A stretch of DNA of 64,000 nucleotides, taken from NCBI GenBank assembly GCA_001915065.1, contig MNDT01000003.1, positions 6,908 to 70,907 of the forward strand. Reading direction: 5' to 3'. Shown piece by piece: positions 9,228 through 18,823 of the stretch. A program made the position numbers and the translations under genes. The DNA is from an archaeon 13_2_20CM_2_53_6. Its GTDB lineage: Archaea; Thermoproteota; Bathyarchaeia; 40CM-2-53-6. The stretch's first letter is position 1, and each line of letters begins with the position of its first letter. A model generated the notes under the pieces. That model searched no databases. It worked only from the letters and a program-made list of their open reading frames with translations, and was not told the origin of the DNA.

Positions 9228-9977
9228 CTAGATCTTGGAAGTGGACGCGAGCCTTCGGCTTACTACAGTCATGTGAAAAGAGTCTATGGTGAGCGGAGTT
9301 AATTCTCCTAGGCTACCGTATGATTCAACATAGTCCCACCCCGCTGAGAACAGCAACGCCTTTAGTTCGTGTAGTGAGTATACCCGATGAGATACCGGGA
9401 CATCGGCTATCAGTCGAAGTGAGTTCCTCTCCCTTCGATAAAATTTCCAACTGTTTCTCATGAACGAGGATTCCAAGTCGAGCCTTCTGGCATCGCTCCA
9501 TACCATCTTGCCCATCTCCGAGATGTTCTGCTCTTGGAAGTGCCTCACCAAATAGTCGCGGTTGACTGTCTCGATAACTAAAACTCCATGTCGACCGGTG
9601 ATAGCGCGTAATGAGTGGAGGACTCGTCTGTCATCAGCCTCGCCGTAATATCCCATCGAGGTGCCGATATTGACTACGGCGTCAAACCTGTCTTCTTCAC
9701 TGGCTAGCAGCCGCGTAGCCTTTCTCGCATCTATTCTGTAGAAAATTGTCTTGCCATCTACACTCTCCTTCTTCGCCCATTTCTGAGCTAACCTCAGGTA
9801 CAAAGGAGAAATGTCGACGCCAACGACTTCGTACCCTGCTTTGGCAAGATTGATCGAGATCCTTCCTAGTCCACAAGCTAAGTCTAAGATTCTGCCGCCA
9901 CTCGGGACCCCATGCGCTTGGAAGATTTTCCGCAACCCCTCCACCTGGGGTTGAGCGAACGTATTCATCTGTTCCAT
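9228..9977 (-). CDS. class I SAM-dependent methyltransferase
   Basis: 249 aa with motif I ILDLACGLGRISINLAKAGYEVVGVDIS and a post-I acidic residue. Confidence 0.85.
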   Translation of the reverse strand: MEQMNTFAQPQVEGLRKIFQAHGVPSGGRILDLACGLGRISINLAKAGYEVVGVDISPLYLRLAQKWAKKESVDGKTIFYRIDARKATRLLASEEDRFDAVVNIGTSMGYYGEADDRRVLHSLRAITGRHGVLVIETVNRDYLVRHFQEQNISEMGKMVWSDARRLDLESSFMRNSWKFYRRERNSLRLIADVPVSHRVYSLHELKALLFSAGWDYVESYGSLGELTPLTIDSFHMTVVSRRLASTSKI

Positions 9978-10231
9978 CCACGGAAGAAACAGTTCCGGAT
10001 GGTCGACAAACAGTGTCTCTGTCCAATGCTTGATTCTTCCACGAATCAGCGTCCACTCACCCCATTCCCGAATTTCGATTGGCCTGTCGGTATTGATGCC
10101 TTGTAAGTCTTCAACTGTGGGGCCTTGTACGATCGATATGCGAATCGCAGAGAATGTCGTCGAGTTGCCATCCTAGGCTAAATTGACGCCCAAGGGAAAC
10201 GCATATCCAGTTCTGGGTCATTGACTATTTC

Positions 10232-10633
10232 ATGGCAGAGAGTATCATGCTCGACAGCCAGACTGAGGCTCGGAGACAAGCAGCGAAGCAATTCCTCGAA
10301 CTAGTCGTGGCAGGAGAAATCGACGAGGCGTACCAGAGGCATGTCGACCTTAGTGGCAAGCACCATAACCCCTTCTTTGCGGAAGGCTTTCCCGCGTTGA
10401 AGAAGGCTATGATTGAGAACCATGTCCAGTTTCCGAACAAGAAACTTCTGGTCAAGAATGTCCTCAACGATGGCTACCTTGTAGCAGTGCACTCCCAGAT
10501 CGTGCTTCGTCCGGGGGAGCCGGGGGTTGCCACCGTTCATCTATTCCGCTTTGATGGTGACAAGATCGTAGAAATGTGGGACGTCGGCCAGCCGGTGCCT
10601 AGAGATTCTCCAAACCATGACGGAGCATTCTAG
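10232..10633 (+). CDS. NTF2/SnoaL-like fold protein
   Basis: 133 aa. A..FLELVVAGEIDEAY...HNP......KIVEMWDV is typical of SnoaL-like ester-cyclase family proteins. Confidence 0.7.
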   Translation: MAESIMLDSQTEARRQAAKQFLELVVAGEIDEAYQRHVDLSGKHHNPFFAEGFPALKKAMIENHVQFPNKKLLVKNVLNDGYLVAVHSQIVLRPGEPGVATVHLFRFDGDKIVEMWDVGQPVPRDSPNHDGAF

Positions 10634-10650
10634 ACAAGCGAGCGGGATCG

Positions 10651-11105
10651 TTGGAGGAACCATCCCCGAGAAGATCGGTCGTTTCGGAGTTTGCTACACT
10701 GGACGGTGCCATGGAGGACCTTGGCGGAGCCGAGAAATCCGAGCATGGTGGTTGGATCTGGCCCTACTGGATTGAAGGGATCGGCAAGTTCAAGTTCGAC
10801 GAATTATTCGCGACCGACGCCCTACTGCCAGGACAGGGGACCTAGCAATGCTTCGCAAAGCCTGGCCATCTGTAAAAGACGAGCAAGGATTTACAAATCG
10901 GATGGACAATCTTCCGAAGTACCTGATTTCGAGTAACTTAGAAATCAAGTGGAACAATTCTCATCCCATCGAAGGAGACTCGGAGAAGAAGTGAAGGAGA
11001 TCAAAGAAATGCCTAGGCAAAAATATCGAGGAGGTTCAGCTCGGGCGTTGTTCTACTTCGCTGCGAGCGGGGCCAGAAGCCAACGTAGATTCGGTCCCTG
11101 AAAGG
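10651..11105 (+). pseudogene. dihydrofolate-reductase-like (RibD C-terminal domain family) gene with an in-frame TAG and two frame changes
   Basis: Frame 1: SVVSEFATLDGAMEDLGG..HGGWIWPYW...FDELFATDALLPGQGT*. Next frame: AWPSVKDEQGFTNRMDNLPKYLISSNLEIKWNNS. Third frame: EEVKEIKEMP... Confidence 0.65.
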
Positions 11106-11261
11106 TCACTTTTTGCCTTGACATTTTCCTCTTCGACACTTGCAATTCCTACCGACCTGGGTTGGGACACATTCCCCGTGAATCTCGACTTTGCACTTGT
11201 GACAGATGTCCGGTTGATGCCAGAGACCTTCGTAGCTTATGATGTAGGTATAACGTCTCAT
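11106..11261 (-). CDS. possible 51-aa Cys/His-rich small protein
   Basis: Below the ORF-track size cut-off. Hand translation gives MRRYTYIISYEGLWHQPDICHKCKVEIHGECVPTQVGRNCKCRRGKCQGKK*. GAGGA lies 9 nt upstream of the ATG. There is no homology support. Confidence 0.25.
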   Translation of the reverse strand: MRRYTYIISYEGLWHQPDICHKCKVEIHGECVPTQVGRNCKCRRGKCQGKK

Positions 11262-11443
11262 ATCACACGATCCTCAGAGGCGTCGTCCACAAATACCTGC
11301 GATCTCGGGCTTGTTTCAAGCCGAGCAGATTGCATTGCAGTCAGGCTGAGTTGCTTCTCGCAAATAAAGCGATCAATCGATTTCCTGCCCTCCAGTTCAA
11401 TAGAATCGAGCTATAGCCTAAACCCCCGTCGATTCTTCAAGTT

Positions 11444-13098
11444 CTAGCCTTGTCCTTTAGGGCTCAATCTTCTGAGCTTCTTTTCGCTGATGTCCTGAAT
11501 AAGGATGGATGCGCCTATTGTCCGGCCCGTGGGGTCGCTGATAGAGGTCACTGATAATGATACGTCGATACTGGCACCGTCCTTGCGCGTAAGCCGCGTC
11601 TCGTATGGAAGAATACGTCCATCGCGCTTGAGCCGCTCGAGGATTTCGGATTCTCCATTCTCGCCGGAAGGCATCAGGATACCCCCTTCTGACCTACAGC
11701 TTCGAGGGTACTGTAGCCGAAGATACGCTCTGCACCCTTGTTCCAGCTGACAATCGTGCCGTCCAAAGTTTCTTTTATGATGGCGTCGCTAGAGGTTTCC
11801 ACAATGGCGGCGAGACGGGCGCGCTCTTCCTCAACACGCCTGCGTTCTGAGATGTCGCGGATGGCGCTTGAGACCAGAACGCCTGAATCTGACTGGAGTG
11901 GGCTGAGGCTGATCTCGACGGGAAACTCTGTCCCGTCCTTTCGAAGTCCATAGAGTTCCATGCCCACTCCCATCTCACGTCTACGTGGCGTGGCGTGGAA
12001 GTCTGCACGGTGCGCTACATGTCCAGTCCGGAAGCGCTGAGGAATGAGGTCCTCCACCTTCAGGTTCAAGACTTCTTCACGAGCATAGCCGAACAATGCT
12101 TCGGTCTGCGAGTTTACCTGAACTATCCTGCCTTGAGCATCAGCGATGACCATCGCATCGGGGGCTGAATCGACTAGGGTCTCGAACCGGCTTTCAGCAG
12201 CTCGTGCTTTCCGCGCCTCTTCCTGAGCATCCAATCTCTCATGGACCAAAGCGCTCAGGGCAAGACCAACAGTAGCGAGCACCATTATCGAAAACTGGAG
12301 CGAGAGGAGAGCCGTGTTGGTGCTCCCGGAGCCATAGGGCCCGAGTCTCCCAAGTGTACCCCAGATAGCGATTGTTGAGAAGAGGAAGGTGGCTCCAGTC
12401 GCGCCCCTCGACCCGAAGCGTAACCCTGCCCAGACGATTATCGGAACGACCGTGAAGCTAAGCGCTACAGGGGGGATCGAGGAAAAGATCAGAGGCGCGA
12501 AAACGGTTGCGCCCGCGATTAACACCACCAGAATCAGCAGAACAAGTTCACGAAGACCACCGACAGGCACTTGCTTGGGACGGAGGACAAACGATATAAT
12601 TAGAGGTGCTACGATGAGAGCTCCTGACGCGTCGCCGAGCCACCAAGTCGTCCATACCACACCTTATAGGGACCACTGAACCAGCCCGTCCGCGGCCAGG
12701 CTTGTTGTTCCAACCGTGGCGCTGACCAAAGGGGCGGCCAGGCCGGCGGCAAGAACGAAGACTCCCAGGCTACGTGCCCCATTAAACGCGTGCACTCCAT
12801 GAGCGAAACGTACAACGAGCCAGAAGGCCATGAAGGCCTCCAAGGTATTTCCCGCCGCGATGGCTATGGACGTGATGGGACCGGAAGTCAGAGAATTGGC
12901 GGCAAAGGCTCCAATGTATATTCCGGGCCAGAGCCGCGGACCCCAGATCAGAAGTGCAGCGATCGCGAGACCGGTTGGAGGCCAGACCGGACTGGCGCTC
13001 GCGTTCAGCGTTGCGAACAGCCTCAGGCTGCTGAACGCTACAGCCATGTAGACAGCGGCAAAGATTCCATTGGAAACCAATATGCTCTCGTTGCGCAT
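11444..13098 (-). pseudogene. MASE1-PAS-PAS membrane sensor without output domain; interrupted by an in-frame TAA and one frame change
   Basis: Three consecutive ORFs. 12664-13098 and 11674-12660 share one frame and are separated by TAA (complement of 12664-12666: ..VQWSL*GVVWTTWWLGDASG). 11444-11674 continues the second PAS domain in the next frame (..RLTRKDGASIDVSL..IQDISEKK). Confidence 0.7.
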
Positions 13099-13690
13099 GA
13101 CGCTCAGTGGTCTTCACGCCCATTCTGCTAATATGATATTTAGCCAGGGAGTTGGCGAATCCCGTCTACTTGACCCCAAGTAAGTTCTTGGCCTTATTCA
13201 TTTCAAAGAAGAACGCCACGCTGGGCACCAGTTGACGTTGCAAATCAGTCCCCGTAAGAAAGAGGTCAACTAGTTCGCTAAAGTGCGAGGCAACTAAGAT
13301 CGTCGAATCGGACTCGCATAAAACGAAGTCCCTAGGTGGGTAAGAGCTGAAGGCTCGATTGTAGACGAATAAGGAGACGTGAAGCCTACACCGTAGTATG
13401 AGACTCATGCGAGAATAGTATCCGACTAAAGAGCATTCAAGGATTGATCGATACCCGCCTACCGGCGGAAAGAGACTCAGCTAAACCCTGTGTTATCCGC
13501 CAGGTGCGGGTGCTGCCTTGCGGGTTCGACTTCTTCAGAGTAGATCCTCTTAAGATTCGAATGTTCATCTGTCCCATGCTTCTTTCGAGGATGAAGGTAT
13601 GATCGATAGTTTCTGGCGAAGCCCCTAACAACGACAACTTGTAATGACTGTGGCTCGGAATCCTCGGACATGCCATAATTCATACGCTCA

Positions 13691-13730
13691 GAATATATAA
13701 ACGCATTGACGAACGTCTATACGTCTATCT
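13691..13730. repeat. left copy of a ~38-bp inverted duplication flanking arsR (contains a TATA-like element)
   Basis: gaatatataaacgcattgacgaacgtctatacgtctatct matches the reverse complement of 14108-14144 at about 31 of 37 positions. The mismatches are mostly C/T transitions. Confidence 0.6.
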
Positions 13731-14072
13731 GGCTCGGGGCGCCACCTGCAGGGTGGTCAGCCCCAGCCTTCGTTGCAGTTCCGTCACGTACGCGGAGAGG
13801 GTCTCAGATTTAACGTGGTAGTAGCAGAACTGGCCCTGCTTCTCCCTCTCGACAACCCCCGCTACCGACAGCTCCTTCAGATGATGCGATACTGTGGGCT
13901 GCGAGACGTCGAAAAAGGAATGAACGTCCGAACAGTTCAGTTTGCCGGTCGAAGCCAGCTTCTGAAGTATTGCGCGACGCTGCGGATCGGCCAGGGCTTT
14001 GCTTATCCGATCGAACTCTTCGGACGCCAGCTTCATTACGTGGGGTCTAGGTACTAACGTACGTATTAGCAT
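13725..14072 (-). CDS. ArsR/SmtB-family transcriptional regulator
   Basis: 115 aa with SKALADPQRRAILQKL...VSQPTVSHHLKELSVAGVV. Divergent from trxA. Confidence 0.85.
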   Translation of the reverse strand: MLIRTLVPRPHVMKLASEEFDRISKALADPQRRAILQKLASTGKLNCSDVHSFFDVSQPTVSHHLKELSVAGVVEREKQGQFCYYHVKSETLSAYVTELQRRLGLTTLQVAPRAR

Positions 14073-14107
14073 TTCGATATGCGTCTATCAGTCTTCAGCG
14101 AGACGCT

Positions 14108-14144
14108 AACAGACATATAGACATTCATCAATACGTTTATATTC
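14108..14144. repeat. right copy of the inverted duplication = trxA promoter/operator region
   Basis: aacagacatatagacattcatcaatacgtttatattc. The TATA box tttatatt (14136-14143) ends 23 nt before the trxA ATG. Confidence 0.6.
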
Positions 14145-14166
14145 CCGACAGCTCGAGCATATTTGC

Positions 14167-14523
14167 ATGAACAAGATGGAGACGAGTGAAGGCAGAGTCG
14201 CGCAGGTCAATGATGGAGACTTCGGCAGCGAGGTCCTGAGGTCACCCATTCCAGTCCTAGTGGACTTCTATGCGGACTGGTGCGGACCATGCAAGATTGT
14301 CGCGCCCACGATGGAAGTCCTATCGAAGGAATACGCGGGCAAGGTCAAGTTCGTCAAAGTCAACGTTGACATTAACCAGGAAGTAGCCTCGAAGTATGAC
14401 ATAATGAGCATACCTACGGCGATGCTTTTCGAGAACGGTGAGGTCAAAGACATTCTCGTAGGCGCGTATCCGGCCGCTGCCTACAGGCAGCGCATTGACA
14501 GTGCCAATAACCGCCTAGGCTAG
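14167..14523 (+). CDS. trxA: thioredoxin
   Basis: 118 aa with the VDFYADWCGPCK active site and MSIPT cis-Pro loop. Confidence 0.9.
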   Translation: MNKMETSEGRVAQVNDGDFGSEVLRSPIPVLVDFYADWCGPCKIVAPTMEVLSKEYAGKVKFVKVNVDINQEVASKYDIMSIPTAMLFENGEVKDILVGAYPAAAYRQRIDSANNRLG

Positions 14524-14639
14524 CTCGACCAGCGGCGATGCGGGTCAACGAAGCAAGGCATGCAGACAGGACGGAGGCAACACCCTATTTGTGGCTAGAG
14601 GGAGCGATCAACGCTCCTCCTTGTAAACAGATGATTGCT

Positions 14640-14670
14640 GGTTGGAGGTCTTCCAACCTAGAATATTTTT
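14640..14670 (+). terminator. hairpin (GGTTGGA/TCCAACC) followed by T5
   Basis: ggttggaggtcttccaacc tagaata ttttt, downstream of trxA. Confidence 0.35.
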
Positions 14671-14705
14671 AGTCGAAACCCAGGCACGAATGAGACTGAT
14701 CACTG

Positions 14706-15115
14706 ATGGGTTCGGAGAAGGGTCTCCCGTTCGGACAGCTTAGATACTGTATGTTGGAAGCTCAAACGTCCAGAAGGACCTAGAATACTACACAGGGATC
14801 CTTGGTGCCAAGAAAGTCTGGGACATTTCCAGCTCTGGCACAAGGGTCGCGGCCCTTCGCCTGGGTAGAGGCCCAGCAATATTACTTGCAGATCATCGTC
14901 CGGCCGGAACTTGCATCCTAATCTTTCAAATCGATGATCTAGCGGCTGCGTCGAAGCAGCTTCGGAAAAAGGGCTGGAGGCGCGAGGGTGAAAGTTTCGA
15001 GATTCCCGAGGGACCCTGCTACAGGTTCAACGATCCGAGCGGCAACCCACTCGCCCTGCTAGAGGTGGTTAGGCCAAATGTCTTCGGATCGAGCTTTGAG
15101 GATGAGAGTCGATAG
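14706..15115 (+). pseudogene. VOC/glyoxalase-family protein with an N-terminal frame change
   Basis: ATG 14706 gives MGSEKGLPFGQL.., which stops at 14781. An open frame from 14744 (no start codon, so absent from the ORF track) encodes ILYVGSSNVQKDLEYYTGILGAKKVW...FEIPEGPCYRFNDPSGNPLALLEV, ending at TAG 15113-15115. Confidence 0.6.
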
Positions 15116-15248
15116 TCTCAACGGGAACTCTTGTTTTCCGGAAGGCAATATCCATGTTTCCAAGAACTTGCTGCGCAGGCTCATTTCCTCGACCGGGCTT
15201 GGGTGACAGAGTCGGAAGTGATCGTGACATCTGAGGAGGAGCCAGGAC

Positions 15249-16145
15249 TTAGGGCTGCGTCGGGGCTCTTTCTTCTGGTGAAGGTGTTGGGGGAATTGTT
15301 CGTACTTCCTTCCATGTCGTTACCATCACTGGAATAATTATCGCCACCAGAAATGCCAGTACTATGAGGTTCCCAAAGTCCACAGGGATAATATCTGCCA
15401 AACCGAATTGGAAAAGGAGGCCTGCAATTATGAAGGCTATCCCTCCAAGCAGAAGGCTGCGCGCTCCGACACGGACCCCGAAGATCTGCATTCTCTCCAC
15501 GCCCCACCTCTTAGCGACCTGCAGAACCTCGCCGAACGTGAACCCTATGACCAGAAGGATCAGCATTGTGCCCAGGCCGAAAGCGGCGCCGGGCGCGAAC
15601 CCCAGGGCTGAGGATGGCATCGCTGGGACAGCTACGAGATAGACAAAGGTCGTGAAGAGGCCGGTGTCGACACCAAATCCGGAGATGAATCCGTGGATTA
15701 GGCACCAATGTACTGGGACTGTCTTCTGTAGCCCAGACTGGGACTGCGTCGATCCTGCCGAGTCCTTTTTCAGGTGTCGCTCTCTATCTCTCGTTGAAAT
15801 CCACATGAGAGGGTGCCAGTGGGGAAGCTTGTCCCGAAGGATGAGGTAGCCTGCGAGGCTCATTGCCAAACCGACAGCAACGTACACTGGACCGTTGAGC
15901 CCCTCGTTGAACGCAAGGAATGTCACCAGGGCGAAGTAGACCAGCTGGGACATGATGGCGCGCTGGACGGTAAACGCGGCAGCAAAGTAGGCCCCTGAGA
16001 GCATACCCCCACGTCCTGTAGCCGAGCCGACGGAATAGCTGAAGGTGATCGGCCATGTGTGCTCGTCCGGGATTACACCATGAAGCATTCCGAGCGCAAG
16101 GCTTGCTCCGAGGAGGTATACCCACCCGGGAACTATTGGAAACAT
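15249..16145 (-). CDS. polytopic membrane protein, putative Ni/Co-type metal transporter
   Basis: 298 aa, multi-TM. LHGVIPDEHTW resembles the NiCoT HX4DH signature, with a second LIHGFISGFGVD. Divergent from nikR. Confidence 0.5.
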   Translation of the reverse strand: MFPIVPGWVYLLGASLALGMLHGVIPDEHTWPITFSYSVGSATGRGGMLSGAYFAAAFTVQRAIMSQLVYFALVTFLAFNEGLNGPVYVAVGLAMSLAGYLILRDKLPHWHPLMWISTRDRERHLKKDSAGSTQSQSGLQKTVPVHWCLIHGFISGFGVDTGLFTTFVYLVAVPAMPSSALGFAPGAAFGLGTMLILLVIGFTFGEVLQVAKRWGVERMQIFGVRVGARSLLLGGIAFIIAGLLFQFGLADIIPVDFGNLIVLAFLVAIIIPVMVTTWKEVRTIPPTPSPEERAPTQP

Positions 16146-16187
16146 GTCATGAGGCCTCGCAACCCGCGTTATTAGACTTCTGCCATT

Positions 16188-16230
16188 TCTTAATAAGAAC
16201 CGCGTAACGCTTTATAGGGTCTTATTAAGA
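16188..16230. promoter_or_regulatory. 11-bp perfect inverted repeat (tcttaataaga N21 tcttattaaga) bracketing a TATA box; candidate NikR operator
   Basis: Arms lie at 16188-16198 and 16220-16230. The spacer contains gctttatagg. The site sits between nikR and the divergent transporter gene. Confidence 0.5.
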
Positions 16231-16252
16231 TACGGGATCTGAGGGTTGGTCG

Positions 16253-16636
16253 ATGACCATAGTCAGCGTTTCCATTCCCGAAGAGATGGTAGATGAGATG
16301 GACACCATTCAGAAGTCCATGGGCTTCTCAGGAAGATCGGAGCTCATCAGAGCAGCATTACGTGGTCTGATTGCAGACAACAGAGAGAAGAACGGCATCT
16401 CTGGCGAAGTAAATGCTCTCATAGTCGCAACCCATGACCAGTCCAACGAGGAGGCTGTTACCAGACTAAAACACTCCTTCGAAGATATTGTCAAGACCCA
16501 CCTTCACAACAAGCTCTCTCGAAGGAGCTGCGCCGAGCTCTTCCTAGTACAGGGCGACGGGTCAAAGATCACCTCAATGGCCAGCGCCTTCCAGAAAGAC
16601 GAAGGTATGAGGAGCGTCAAACTGGTAATAGTTTGA
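16253..16636 (+). CDS. nikR: nickel-responsive regulator NikR (RHH + ACT-like metal-binding domain)
   Basis: 127 aa. N-terminal RHH is VSVSIPEEMVDEMD...GFSGRSELIRAALRGL. The C-domain has ATHDQ...KTHLHNKL..CAELFLVQG, matching the NikR His/Cys pattern. Confidence 0.85.
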   Translation: MTIVSVSIPEEMVDEMDTIQKSMGFSGRSELIRAALRGLIADNREKNGISGEVNALIVATHDQSNEEAVTRLKHSFEDIVKTHLHNKLSRRSCAELFLVQGDGSKITSMASAFQKDEGMRSVKLVIV

Positions 16637-16791
16637 AACCGTCCTGGGTTATAGTGATCACGGTGAGCTCTGAGCAGCACCACGAGGGACCGATGCCATG
16701 ATGGATGTTGTTGCCAACCGACCGTGATAGTAAACCGTAACTTAGTTAAATCAGCCGACACTGCATTAAGCCGAAGTCTCTGATACGATCT

Positions 16792-18665
16792 CTACTCTAC
16801 ACTTGCCGGGTTCTCTTTAGGTGGCGATCGTCGAGGAAGCGATTTCCACACTAACAACCCTACCCCTGCGATGGCTACTAGTACGGGCCCGACGTGGTCA
16901 TTGAGCAGGAAGCCGACAGGCGGCGCGTTATTGCTGAACCACTGTTGCATGTACAAGTTCTGCTGATAATCCCATGAGATCGATGCAAGTAGTCCAACTA
17001 TGGCAATGAACTCTGCTATTACGACGACCCGGACTCTTCTTCCAACAATGATTGGTTGTTGAATCGGCAGAGTCTTGGTCGTTGCTTGAGTCTTTGCTCG
17101 CGGGTTCGGGATCAGTAGCGAGCTCAAAGCACCGAAGGAGACGAAGATGGCAGCTGTAAACGCGGCCCAGCGTGTTCCCTGGGTAATTGCGTCGTAGAGC
17201 ACGTTAAGGACAGTTGGAATGTACTGTGGGGGTATCCCTGAAGGAATCTGGTCGACTCCGCCGGATAGTCCAGAGCTGATGAAACCGTCCACGAGTGACT
17301 GCGCGGAGGCCGGCAGATTGCTCTGTGCTATCGCTGTCGCCACGTCTCGCTCGTCAGCTGGCTGATAGCGAGACCCACGCCGGCCCCGTAGACGACTAGG
17401 ACTGGGTAGAAGTAGTAGATCGGGGTCGATGTCGAGGTTATCGCGAATATCGTGAATAGCGCTACTGCCTCCAGCATCATTCCTGCCGTGACTATCCATC
17501 TAGGGCCGAAACGGTTGGCGAGGGCTCCTGCGACGGGAGCGAAGATGAAGACCGAGATAGCCATTGGAAGGAAGGTTATTCCAGTTTGAATGGCCGAGAG
17601 TCCTTGGACGGTCTGGAAGTATATGGAGAAGATGAAAACGGCTCCAAATTCTCCCATTGCAACGATGAAGACGGTTAAGAGTCCGAACCTGAAACCAGGG
17701 AATCGCAGCAGGCTGAAATCGAAGAGTGGGACGCGACCCTTTCGCGCTCGTCTGATGTCATAGTAGGCGAAAGCGGCAAGCAAGACCACTCCTGAGGCTA
17801 TGGAGAAAGCGGGCAGAGAGAAGTTGGTGAAGGGCCAAGACTGTCCGAGGATAGAGAAGGGTTGGCTCTCGGTGAGCCAACCGTAGGTCTGACCCTCGAT
17901 GAGACCGAAGAGTAGGGCTGAGAGGCCCAGAGTGATGAGCGCGAGACCTCCATAGTCTGTTGTGTAGCTTGGATCCTTGAACCGGCTCTCACGTATCGCT
18001 AAGGCGGCTCCGATAAGAGCGACTGCCCCGATGGGTACGTTGATGAGGAAAGCCCAACGCCAAGTAAATGTCGGATCGGATGTGAAGTAGCCTCCCAGCA
18101 AGGGTCCGAGAACCGCAGCCGCTCCCGCGGTAGCACCCCAGATCCCGAAAGCGATGTTCCGAGACTTCCCGGTGAACGTTGTTGTCAGGATCGCCAGCGT
18201 CGCGGGGGCAGCCATCGCGGCGCCGAAGCCCTGAATCACTCTCCCTACAAGCATCTGGGTAAGGTTGCTTGATACGCCGTCGATGATGGACCCGAGGACG
18301 AATAGGGATATTCCCGCCGCGAAGATGCGCCTTCGGCCGAATTCGTCACTAAGTTTTCCCCAGGTGAGTATGAAGGAGCCGAAGATCAGTGCGTAGAGTG
18401 AGGTTATCCACTCCAGGTCCTTCAAGGAGATTTTGAAGTCGATCGAGATTGTCTTCAAGGCAACGATAACTATCGTAGCGTCGAGAACTATTATGGCAAG
18501 TGAGAGACACAAAATGAGAAGGGTGAGAATCTGTTTCCTCTCGATCCCTGTCCCGCCCTGAGAACCCTGTTCTTTCTGTCCAGTCTCCCATGTAGAGCTC
18601 GGTTCAGGCGCTTCTGAGACTACCGTCGCATCGTTGCTTGTCCTTCCAGCTCTATTCTCACTCAA
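16792..18665 (-). pseudogene. MFS transporter (DHA2/EmrB-type, 14-TMS) split into two overlapping ORFs by a frame change
   Basis: 17328-18665 (445 aa) has the typical EmrB/QacA N-terminal 12-13 TMS and ends ..GLAISQLTSETWRQR*. 16792-17499 continues in the next frame (DVATAIAQSNLPASAQ...) with the last TMS and a C-terminal extension. Confidence 0.75.
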
Positions 18666-18823
18666 ATTGGGCTCCCAGCCATGATGAGTAACTATTGACC
18701 CGCCAGAACCCTAGGATATAATGACCACCCGCAGAGAGGTCCCTCACGAGGAACTTGGGAGCACCTCGCTGAGCAACCTGTCCTAATATTGATAGAATCC
18801 TCTATCATGCCTAATGCGATGAC

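Noticed and set aside
10843-10845. In-frame TAG as a pyrrolysine codon, and in-frame TAA at 12664-12666 as recoding
   Set aside because: No pyl genes or methylamine methyltransferases are present. TAG and TAA terminate the other ORFs normally. The TAG aligns with a Tyr position in a gene that also has frame breaks.
13166-13408. 80-aa ORF in the 13.1-13.7 kb gap
   Set aside because: There is no motif, no promoter-like element and an unconvincing sequence. It is left unannotated.
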